DNA from: the human T2T-CHM13v2.0 reference genome, Homo sapiens
Assembly: GCF_009914755.1 (NCBI RefSeq)
Contig: NC_060928.1
Length of the DNA: 64,000 nt
Direction: 5' to 3' (one strand)
Below are positions 14,214 to 25,170 of the stretch, piece by piece. A program made the translations under genes and the position numbers. The notes beneath the pieces were generated by a model, which was given only the letters and a program-made list of their open reading frames with translations, made no database searches and was not told the origin of the DNA. How positions within the stretch are numbered: position 1 is the first letter of the stretch; the number at the start of each line of letters is the position of its first letter.

Positions 14214-15658
14214 TTTATTAATAAATAAAACCAAGCAAAAATTAGCATGATGTTTTAAAAGTGAAGAATTATATAAGTGTTAAGTACAGTACTGCCAGGG
14301 AGAAGGAAAACATTAAGAATGTTATAATGGGAACTTATATTCTTATCCACCCCAATTTGTGGTATATTCCAAGTGCTCTTTCATCAAAAATTTATTGAAT
14401 AAAAGGATGACATGATGAAATCAATTAGGAGGAAAGAGCTGGGAGAAGGCTTTTCCTTTTTTTTTTTTTCAAAAAGGACTCCAGCTATAACCAAAGAAAG
14501 TTGCTGTTTTTACTGTGTGTCATGAGATGTTGCCCATTTGATGAAATGTTATTGTCATTTAGCTAGAATTTTCTGTTTTTTTTTTTTTAGTTTGGTACTG
14601 AAATATATTATTATCTGGAAAAATTGGCTTTAATAAAATATTGCTATATGAATAACATATGTAAATGTGTTAGACATCTTTTCGGTAAAGTACAAATGAA
14701 CTGATTTTTAGTTTTACCAGATGTGTTTGTTACATGTAGAAATAGCATTTGATCTGAGTGACAAAATAAACTGATCCATCTTTTCATTCCCGTTATTTGA
14801 GGAACAGTGCCACTGCATCCCCCTGCCAACACACCAGCTCTGTCTGGCAGTGGTAACAGGATTATGCTCCCTGAACCAAATGTTCATCTTGCCTCATAAA
14901 TTATCTCATTTTCTAAAATGGTCTACTCAGGATACTGGAAACTCGGTAGCTGGAAACTGGAGTGGGAGCACCCTGTTACCCAATGTTCTCCTGGACAAAA
15001 TAAAATAAACCAAATATCCTTTAGATAAATTGTAAAAGACAGCCAAAGTGAAGGCTTGCCCAGACACCTCATTAAGAATTCACTCTTTGTTCATCATAGT
15101 TTTTGATCTCAATAAATGATATAAACAATAGGCATCATTTTTTCCTAAAATTTGTGTGTAAAAGATGAGAGGTAAAACAATTATTTTCATCTTTATTTTT
15201 AAACTATGCTTCCCTTTTAGCTGAGCATTCTTTTTCTTTTTGCAAGTGGTTTTCACAATTTTTTAGTACTATGGGCCTTTTACTAAACGAACCAGCATAA
15301 CACACTCCAATGGCAGGTTGTCATTGGAATACAAATAATTTAAAAAGGTATAATTTAATTATCTTAAATGGACATTCGCCCCTTTATTATTTCAATTGTG
15401 TTCTGGAAAATAATTCATCAAGTTTTGAGAAATTAGGTATACATATAAGAATACGTTGAAAACCATTGAAACTTAAATGTAAAAGTACATGTTGCCTAAA
15501 ATTAGAGACAAAGTGTGTAAGTATATTCTAATACAACCAGATTCTTCAGCTATTCTATCTGCTGTGGACTGGTCAAAAATTTAAGTTTAGTTTTGTTAAT
15601 GATTTTTATTTAAGCATACCATATTTTAATTGCATACTATTTTTAATATGTTTTACAG

Positions 15659-15920
15659 ATTAAGAATGGCAAAGTATATTTTACATCCGATGCAGGAATT
15701 GCTGGGAAAGTGGAGAGAAATATTCCTGAAGTATATGTTGCAGACGGCCACTGGCACACTTTTCTAATTGGGAAAAATGGAACAGCAACAGTATTGTCTG
15801 TTGACAGAATATATAACAGAGATATTATCCACCCTACTCAGGACTTCGGTGGCCTTGATGTGCTTACTATATCACTTGGAGGAATTCCACCCAATCAAGC
15901 ACATCGAGATGCCCAAACAG
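15659..15920 (+). CDS. FAT4: FAT4 penultimate coding exon (262 nt), laminin-G 2: IKNGKVYFTSDAG...VADGHWHTF...LGGIPPNQAHRDAQT
   Basis: TTTTACAG acceptor and CAG|GTAAAT donor. LamG signature DGHWH. ORF 15710..15937. Confidence 0.95.
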
Positions 15921-16244
15921 GTAAATGCCTTTATTAAGTAGAGTCACAAGGGAAGTAAAATTGTTCTTCAAAAAGTAATTGCTTTTTCTTGTGGCAAGAC
16001 TACACATTTAACATGAATCTCATATACAGAACAATTTCATTCAATAAAATTTATGTTTAAAAAAGTAGTTTGATGTCTGATAATATCAATTATAAATATC
16101 CTAAGAATGTCATAACTATCTTCAGAAAGTTTGTAATAAACTATTAGCCACCACTTTCTCGAGAGCTTGCATCTTTCTTACCAAGGTTGTAATTCAGTCC
16201 ATAGTGTTTTGATGCTTTGCTTGTCCACCAAGCATTTCATATAC

Positions 16245-17400
16245 ATTTGTTCATTTATTTATTCATTCACAGCCACTCTCTTCATAGACCATTAATGGAG
16301 ACAAACATTAATCAAATTCTTACACAAGTAACTGCATTATTCTAATGTGTGATAAATAATACAAATGAAGAATGTAGAATTCTCAAATATAGTGAAAAAA
16401 GAGAAAGGAAGGGGAATTTTGCTGTGGAATTGACATGTATACATAAATCTGAATGATGAGGAGGATGAAAGTGTATGAAAGGTTAATTTATGTTGATAGG
16501 AATTTTTTTAAAGAAATCGTTTAAGCCAAAGTTATAGAAGACAACACATTGGAGGCTAACATCATAGGCAAATGATGAAGTTGGAGAATGAAGCAACTTC
16601 CTGACCATGTTGCAGTTTTGGTCTTATTTACAGAGCAATGGGAAGTAATTGAAAACTTTAATCACAGTAGGATCAAGTTAGATATGCAGTAATATTACAG
16701 ATCATTCAGGCTACAGCATGGAGAATGAATTGGAGGAGGACACGAGTGGATCTACAGAAATGAGTTGGGATCTGGGCAAGATGTCTTCTGAGCTCCTACT
16801 AGTGTGGTGGCTGAGGAGTTAGAAAGAAATGGATAGGCAAGAAATATTCTGGGAACTAAAATCAACCAAACTGCTAGTGATTATGGTAAAATTCAAGGAG
16901 GTTTCTACTTCTCAACTCAAAGAAGGGTAGGTCAGCAAGAGAGGAAACTGCAGAACCCTCCAAAAGCAGCATATGTCTGAGAAATATTAGATTTGGTTTG
17001 GGACATTTTGGATTTGAAGCATCTTTGAGAAAATCCTTTGGATGGATGGGCTGGAAATCAGAAATAGACTTTAGCTGGAAATATATATTTAAGAGTGGTC
17101 AGTGTCAAGCAGGTAACTGAAGTACTGGACATGGATGTGATCACCTAACATGAGGGCGTAGAGTGAAAAGAAAGCCTGGGACGTCATCTTGATTAACCGT
17201 AAGAGTTAATGGTTATGTAGAGGAGAATAAGTCGGAAAAGGAGACTAAGTAATAGGAAGAAAATCAGGAGTATAGGAACAAAAAGAAAAGATGTCACAAA
17301 AGCTCATGGAAAAAATATATCAAGAATGAGAATGTCACTATGGTAGAATGATGCATTAAATAAGAGGAAAAAAATGCATGTGAGACTAATAGATTTAAGG
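16245..17400 (-). mobile_element. L2 LINE fragment (degraded)
   Basis: TTCATTTATTTATTCATTCA tail, then purine-rich L2-like tracts (GAGCAATGGGAAGTAATTGAAAACTTT, AGATCATTCAGGCTACAGCATGGAGAATG, TTTGGGACATTTTGGATTTGAAG). Boundaries approximate. Confidence 0.6.
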
Positions 17401-18157
17401 CATAAAAGTTAAAGTCCAGGTCATAAGTCCTTTTTATATGGTTATTATAGAATGTTGTGAGAAAACAAGCCAATGGAAATTACGCTTTTTGTAGTGTCAA
17501 AATAGATTGTTGGGCCCTGAGATAGGAATATCAGCACTGTTAACACACTCAAGTGTAATGAAGTGTTTCTTAACTTTGCATTTTATCTTTATCATTCCCC
17601 TAAGGAGACACTTAATATAGTCTAAACTTTGCCATCCCCAAGTCATAAAATGTTAACACCAGAGGTATGTTTTTATCTGCCTTTTAGAGGCCCACAAACC
17701 ATTGTAATAGCTAAGATTTTTTTGTTTTGCTCCCCAAGAACCTATGTTCCACACCTTTGGTGTATTATCACCTTCAATGGGAATGCATGATTTAGTAGTT
17801 GAAGCCATTGGCCTATTTCATGTTCTTTACAAATTTAAAAAATATATATTTTATTTGTATGTATGCAATTTTTGGTATATGGGATGTAAAAAGGAAGGAA
17901 ATTGATAAATAAATGAGTAAGAAAAAGAAAATTCAGCCTGCCCAAGTCATTCATAAATCTTCAGAATGAGTGGGATTCAAGCAATCTGACCCATGTTTGG
18001 TCATGGTAATCTTAACGCACCTTGCTAAGTTATAAGATGCACAGCTTAATTATCTTTCAGCTGGATGATGGTTCTGAGACTGAGGTTTCTGTATTCATGT
18101 ATTCATATGAGGTGATTGTGGAGCTTCTCTTTACAAGAACCCAGCAGTGTAGTATAA

Positions 18158-18161
<4 letters not shown>

Positions 18162-18188
<27 letters not shown>
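18162..18188 (+). repeat. T27 mononucleotide tract
   Basis: 27 consecutive T ending 32 nt upstream of the last-exon boundary. Confidence 0.95.
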
Positions 18189-18220
18189 GTAAAAAGCCTT
18201 ACTCCTTCTTCTTCTCCCAG

Positions 18221-20088
18221 CAGGTTTTGATGGCTGCATTGCTTCTATGTGGTATGGTGGAGAAAGTCTTCCTTTCAGCGGGAAGCATAGCTTGGCCTCC
18301 ATCTCAAAAACAGATCCCTCAGTGAAGATTGGCTGCCGTGGCCCGAACATTTGTGCCAGCAACCCCTGCTGGGGTGATTTGCTGTGCATTAATCAGTGGT
18401 ATGCCTACAGGTGTGTCCCTCCTGGGGACTGTGCCTCCCACCCGTGCCAGAATGGTGGCAGCTGTGAGCCAGGCCTGCACTCCGGCTTCACCTGTAGCTG
18501 CCCAGACTCGCACACGGGAAGGACCTGTGAGATGGTGGTGGCCTGTCTTGGCGTCCTCTGTCCTCAGGGGAAGGTGTGCAAAGCTGGAAGTCCTGCGGGG
18601 CATGTCTGTGTTCTGAGTCAGGGCCCTGAAGAGATCTCTCTGCCTTTGTGGGCTGTGCCTGCCATCGTGGGCAGCTGCGCAACCGTCTTGGCCCTCCTGG
18701 TCCTTAGCCTGATCCTGTGTAACCAGTGCAGGGGGAAGAAGGCCAAAAATCCCAAAGAGGAGAAGAAACCGAAGGAGAAGAAGAAAAAGGGAAGTGAGAA
18801 CGTTGCTTTTGATGACCCTGACAATATCCCTCCCTATGGGGATGACATGACTGTGAGGAAGCAGCCTGAAGGGAACCCAAAACCAGATATCATTGAAAGG
18901 GAAAACCCCTACCTTATCTATGATGAAACTGATATTCCTCACAACTCAGAAACCATCCCCAGCGCCCCTTTGGCATCTCCAGAGCAGGAGATAGAGCACT
19001 ATGACATTGACAACGCCAGCAGCATCGCCCCTTCGGATGCAGACATCATTCAACACTACAAGCAGTTCCGCAGCCACACACCAAAATTTTCAATCCAGAG
19101 GCACAGTCCCCTAGGCTTTGCAAGGCAATCCCCCATGCCCTTAGGAGCAAGCAGTTTGACTTACCAGCCTTCATATGGTCAAGGTTTGAGAACCAGCTCC
19201 CTAAGCCACTCAGCATGCCCAACTCCCAACCCTCTGTCTCGACACAGTCCAGCCCCTTTCTCCAAATCTTCTACGTTCTATAGAAACAGCCCAGCAAGGG
19301 AATTGCATCTTCCTATAAGGGATGGTAATACTTTGGAAATGCATGGTGACACCTGCCAACCTGGCATTTTCAACTATGCCACAAGGCTGGGAAGGAGAAG
19401 CAAGAGTCCTCAGGCCATGGCATCACATGGTTCTAGACCAGGGAGTCGCCTAAAGCAGCCGATTGGGCAGATTCCACTGGAATCTTCTCCTCCAGTCGGA
19501 CTTTCTATTGAAGAAGTGGAGAGGCTCAACACACCTCGCCCTAGAAACCCAAGTATCTGCAGTGCAGACCATGGGAGGTCTTCTTCAGAGGAGGACTGCA
19601 GAAGGCCACTGTCTAGAACAAGGAATCCAGCGGATGGCATTCCAGCTCCAGAATCCTCTTCTGATAGTGACTCCCATGAATCTTTCACTTGCTCAGAAAT
19701 GGAATATGACAGGGAGAAGCCAATGGTATATACTTCCAGGATGCCCAAATTATCTCAAGTCAATGAATCTGATGCAGATGATGAAGATAATTATGGAGCC
19801 AGACTGAAGCCTCGAAGGTACCACGGTCGCAGGGCCGAGGGAGGACCTGTGGGCACCCAGGCAGCAGCACCAGGCACTGCTGACAACACACTGCCCATGA
19901 AGCTAGGGCAGCAAGCAGGGACTTTCAACTGGGACAACCTTTTGAACTGGGGCCCTGGCTTTGGCCATTATGTAGATGTTTTTAAAGATTTGGCATCTCT
20001 TCCAGAAAAAGCAGCAGCAAATGAAGAAGGCAAAGCTGGGACAACTAAACCAGTCCCCAAAGATGGGGAAGCAGAACAGTATGTGTGA
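18221..20088 (+). CDS. FAT4: FAT4 terminal coding exon: end of LamG2, EGF-like repeats, transmembrane helix (~18646-18720) and complete cytoplasmic domain ending EQYV
   Basis: 613-aa ORF 18247..20088 extended upstream to the CAGCAG acceptor. Phase 1 joins exon 15659-15920 (QTAGFDGCIASMWY). Hydrophobic LWAVPAIVGSCATVLALLVLSLILC followed by a Lys-rich segment. Fat-family motifs HYDIDNASSIAPSD and FNWDNLLNWGP. Confidence 0.98.
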
Positions 20089-21255
20089 AGTTTATGTACT
20101 GGCACTATAAAATATAAAAACAAGAAATAATACTCAAACCATTGTAAAGTTGCTGACTAGGTTGGGTCACATTTGAAAAACAGGCCAGTATGGACTAGTG
20201 GTGGAGGGAAAACTTTAAAAATAATAACCACAATGCTGCTGAAACAGACTCACAACAACTCTTAATTTAAACATGTGTGGTTGAATTTATTTCCCTGCAT
20301 GCATTGTGTTTTGTAACTAGTTATGTGGCATGCAGCATTTGGAAAATTTTTCTTATTTACCAGTGTTTGATTTGTGATTTTTAAAAATTGATACCTTTAC
20401 CATTGCAGAAAAGAACTTGTGCTTTCCCAGTGGCGTATGTGTATTGTTTCAACTGTATTATTATAATTATATTTTGCATTGCAAGATTCTTGATGTTAAA
20501 CCAATCCTTGTAAAGTGTAAAAAGGAACCCTCCTATCGTGGAATGAAAGATTAAGTATATTAACACTTTTCAGAATGATAGTTTCTGTATTTGATGTTGC
20601 TCAGAAATGTCTGAGTATTTGAGTAAGTTTTACATGACAGTGGGTACTGAAATTAAGTCATTTTGTTCAGCACTTTAACGCTTTCTTATAGAATTGTCTT
20701 AAAACTTCTGGATCCTTGAGCAAATGATTATAGTCTCCTGACTTTCATGAGGCTTCCATTAGGAACAGAATGATTGCATGTTGTCCCCAGAACACTGCCA
20801 CCTTGCTATGCGAATGATGTTCTCAGCAGCACTTCTAAGAAACACTCTTAAAAGTTATTTATTGAAAATTTTTCGTATGCTTTTAATATTTTAAAGAATT
20901 GACCTAAGGAAAGCTTATGATTGGACTTATTTTCCAACCAGATAACATTTACTCTAAGTACCCAGTTTTTATAATTTATATGAAATCAGATTTCAACACT
21001 TACTTTGTCATTTTGTAGATCATTTTTTTTAAATACTGTGTAAAAACTTTTTTTACACCTAAGCTGTGTTTTTGATACTGATATTTTCCTATGCTGAATA
21101 GTTTTCTTACTTTCAGGGAAGGTAAGAAAATACTTTTTTTATATTTGTTACTTATGTAACATTCATATTTTTCTCATTTTGATATTTGTAACATACTGTA
21201 TGCTTTCTACTTGTAAATGTCAACAATAGAATTAAAATATTTATTTAAAATATTT
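20089..21255 (+). other. FAT4: FAT4 3' UTR (end approximate)
   Basis: Repeat-free AU-rich sequence from the stop codon to an ATTAAA signal with a downstream U/GU-rich tract. Confidence 0.75.
21231..21236 (+). terminator. Polyadenylation signal ATTAAA (likely FAT4 site)
   Basis: ATTAAA preceded by several TGTA motifs (CFIm elements) and followed by TTTTGTATT and further U-rich sequence. Confidence 0.7.
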
Positions 21256-22819
21256 TGTATTCATAGTGTAATATTAATTTTTATCTTTCTATACTCTTTG
21301 TACGCCCAATTGAGAATAGTCTCTACTTGTCAATAGGGTATGGCTACTTGAAGTGTATATGAGCAGCATCATTTTCTTTTAAAAAAATGTGAATATGGAT
21401 CATTGCCAGAAGAGATATTTTAAAGTCACTTCAGTGCATTCCTACCTGTCAGAGTTCTTGGCCTTCCCTGGAGTATAATGAGTCTAGACTAGGTTGATCT
21501 TAGGGGACTAACTTTGTTAGGAAGCTGGTTTAAGCATTCTGGCAAGAAATGTTTGGAAATTCCCAGTAGAATGTGTTCACTGAAGACCAGCTTTAGATCA
21601 GTCTTACAGCTATAGAAGCAGCAAGGAATTAGAGCTAATTACGGAAAAATGTCTGGGACTAATCTTCTCCAAAGACCCAGCCCAAAATTCTCTAAGTCCA
21701 AGGGCGGGTAGAAAGAATGATAGTGAAAGCTCCACTCTACATATGTGTCTTTAATTTATTGATTACTCTGCTGCATAATTCTAAAGAAACTATACATGCT
21801 GTCTTAGCCAAGACAAACCTCTGTTTTCAGGAGTCATAGTTATGTCTTAAATAACAGGACTTTAAAAAATTACCTCACAATCTCAGCACATTTGTAATTA
21901 AATATCCGCCCCAAACCTAATATTCATTGAGAATACTCTCCTTTAATACTGACTCTACAATATTGAATAGGAATTTTAACGATACATAAATTAACACCCA
22001 CAGATTGAGGCATATGCCAGAATTATTTTGTCATTTAATAATGTTGACTTTATTATTTTTTTGTTTCAGATTAGGAAATGTAATGTGGATTTAATCTAAA
22101 TCATGATATTCCTTTAGGTTTAAACACTGAATGTAAGATAATGATCTGATTTTCTCTTTTTTTGTCACCTGCAATGAGCCAACATGTTTTAATATTTCTC
22201 TATGAATTTTATAAATTTCTTCTCCAAATATGGAAACATGTTCATTGCTTTGTGTAACTCAAAACAGAATACATTTTTTAAAAAACTCTGAAGCATCTCA
22301 ATGTCCTCAAGAATATAAACTCTATAATTTAGAACAGAGCTAAATGTAAGATGATAAACATGATTATAGTTAAGAGTAAAGGGGAAGGAACTTGGTGCCA
22401 AGATTTTGTATTCTTATTCTCTAAGAATTCTTTGTGAGATACAGAATTACTAATCCCTTGACTAATCAATCCCAGTTTAGGAACATGATAGGATTCTCAT
22501 AGGACAATTTCTAATCTTTGGTTCTTCTTGGAAATCTCTTCTACTGAAGCAAAGCCAATATTTATATCAAAATAAATCAGAAATCTCTGAAATGAAGGTC
22601 TCACTTTAAAATGGACAGTAATAATTTATTGAAATATTGAAGTGACATATGGTGTACTATGAGGAGGAGGGATTATAGGCAAATTAACAGATTTACAATC
22701 CCCACAAATTGAATGGTTGGTAGTGACTTGCATGTTCACACATAAAATTATGACCTGAGAATTTTAATCCATCCCCTGTCAAGTTTTATTGGATTTCCTG
22801 GAATACAGTTACTCTACTC

Positions 22820-23230
22820 TGTAGAGGGCAGAGCAACTCCATCTTGGATGCTCATCTTCCATGTCTACTTCTGATTAACCCCAGTTCTGGGAATGCCTCT
22901 AATATTTCCAGTATATCTATAGTTCCTTATGTAAGAGCTTGTACTAACTGCAAATCCTGACCTTAGGCAGATTCACATAGCAGTCTTGCATTTCCATAAG
23001 GGGTCAACTTCAATTGTCCTACATTTTTTTTCCTATGATATATAATGCCTGGGCTGGGGGTTAATGGTGCAGAGATCCGCCATTTTGTCTCTCCACTGCC
23101 TGAGGCACAAGCATGGCTTCTGTTCATAAGTCCCCATTGAATGATTCTTTCTGAGCAGCTGGATATGTCAACTTCTTTCTTCAACCTGTCAGATTTTGAG
23201 GGTAGAGTTGCATAGACTCACTGCAGAACA
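22820..23230 (+). mobile_element. Solo LTR, MER31-like (ERV1)
   Basis: TG...CA ends with TACTC/GACTC flanks. GAGCAACTCCATCTTGGATG, CTTCTGATTAACCCCAGTTCTGGGAATGCCTCTAA and CATGGCTTCTGTTCATAAGTCCC match the recalled consensus. Confidence 0.75.
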
Positions 23231-23506
23231 GACTCCTTTAGGCTCTTCTGCATCTGTGTTGTGGGGAAAATATTACTTTCTTTCTGGTGCATATTGAAAA
23301 TACCCTTGCAGTTATGCTGTCATAACTGCATGTGATCACCCAGCCACAAGTTCTGTGAACATGATGTGGCAGCATGACACAGGACTTTGCTTACTCAGTT
23401 CTAAGGAGTACATTATTGTTGCTTTCAATGTCATCTCTAGAATTTTCTAAATTACTTGATTTTATCAATAGCTTAAGATAAATTAAAATCACTTTAAGAG
23501 AATGGA

Positions 23507-23594
23507 AGCTGCTCTGCCAGTGGATAGCCTTTTTTTTTTTCTTATCAAATAAACTTGCTTTCACTTTACTCTAAAAAGAAAAAAAACAAATGAA
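23507..23594 (+). mobile_element. Short MER41-like LTR fragment ending in a poly(A) tail (processed retrocopy)
   Basis: GCTGCTCTGCC..TGGATAGCC...AATAAACTTGCTTTCACTTTACTCT, then an A-rich tail. Flanked by AAGA(G/A)AATGGA repeats. Confidence 0.65.
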
Positions 23595-24380
23595 AAGAAA
23601 ATGGAGCAGCAGAAGGTCCTGGAGCACAACTCCCCATTGCATGTTGCTAGCAAAATACTTAACAATATCAAGGCTGATGAGAAATAGAACTGGCTTACAC
23701 TATTGAAAGTCATGTCCCTTATAGATATTTATAAGGGAAATAGAATATATCACCAAGTGGCTTTATTACTTCAGGCATTCCATATCAGAACAAATCACTA
23801 TTGTCAAGCAAATGCATTTTTATTTTATTAAAATTTAATATTATGGTAAAATACAACTGAGAAAAGTGAAAATATTTTTAAATTATGAATAAATAATACA
23901 GCAATGCAATTATTCTTTTTCTATTTTATGTCATAGATTCCATTTTAAAGGACTAACATTTCAAGATGACTGAACTTATCTTCACTTAGGAAAATAAACC
24001 TAGAAATAAAATACACTTTACACATTATTAGGCCATTCAGTGTGAAGTAAAACATTAAAGACTATGATTAGTATATGTCCCTTAAAATATTTAAAATGAA
24101 ATGCCATATTATTAATAATTTACATGTCTATTACTACTGAGCCAACCAGCAGTTTTATGGGTTTGTCAGTCCAAGTGTTATAGGTCAGTGTTACACAAGA
24201 ATTCTATATTTTTATTTATTCTTAATGAGGGAAAAGGCAGTAGGATCTAATAAATTTGGGTGCATGCAATTTTGGTACCTACAAATACATATCAAGGATT
24301 GAATCCTAACAAAACCTATGCATCTCTGATAATCATTGCAAATAAATATATTCTGACCTAAAGACCATGAAGTAGAATAA

Positions 24381-24690
<310 letters not shown>

Positions 24691-24784
24691 ATGAAGTAGA
24701 ATAATCTTTAACAGAGAAATATATTAAAATACAAAGAAATTTAGTGTCCTGGGTTAAATTTGATCACAGACATAATTACTGCCC

Positions 24785-25170
24785 TTTACATGTCAAGTAC
24801 CCGCCTAGGTCGTGGAATAAAGTAGTGAAAAACAGGCATAACACTAGCATTAATAGAACTTACATTCCAGTAGAGGAGATAAATAAATATAATGCTAATT
24901 ATGTAGTGTAATATCTAGTGGAGGCAAGTGCTATCAAGCCAACTAAAACAGGCTAAGGGTAAGAGGTTGACTTGAGAATGTGTATGCTAGTTTGAATCAG
25001 AAAATCAGAAAGACCTTTCTGGGGAGGAAACATTTGAGCAGAGAGCTGAATGAGGCAGAGAGTGAGCCTCAGACATATGTGTGACACTTTTGCAGTCAGA
25101 GAGAGTGACATGGGGAAGCCCAGATTCAAACAGGTCATGTTAGAGGAACAGCAAGAGAATCAATTAGGCT
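24785..25170 (-). mobile_element. L2 fragment
   Basis: TAGAACTTACATTCCAGTAGAGGAGATA and GGAAACATTTGAGCAGAGAGCTGAATGAG are typical antisense L2 tracts. Confidence 0.55.

Noticed and set aside
18050-18115. Possible cryptic exon after TATCTTTCAG at 18060
   Set aside because: Downstream donors (GTTTCT, GTGATT) are weak and nothing else supports an exon.
18319-18942. 207-aa antisense ORF, plus 18057..18389, 18329..18616, 19410..19748 and 19463..19807, overlapping the terminal FAT4 exon
   Set aside because: Shadow ORFs of a GC-richer coding exon with no recognisable domain. 18057..18389 gets its poly-Lys from the T27 tract.
18247-20088. 613-aa ORF as a stand-alone single-exon gene
   Set aside because: The frame continues upstream to a strong splice acceptor and joins the preceding exon in phase. 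There is no signal peptide or promoter, so the ATG is internal.
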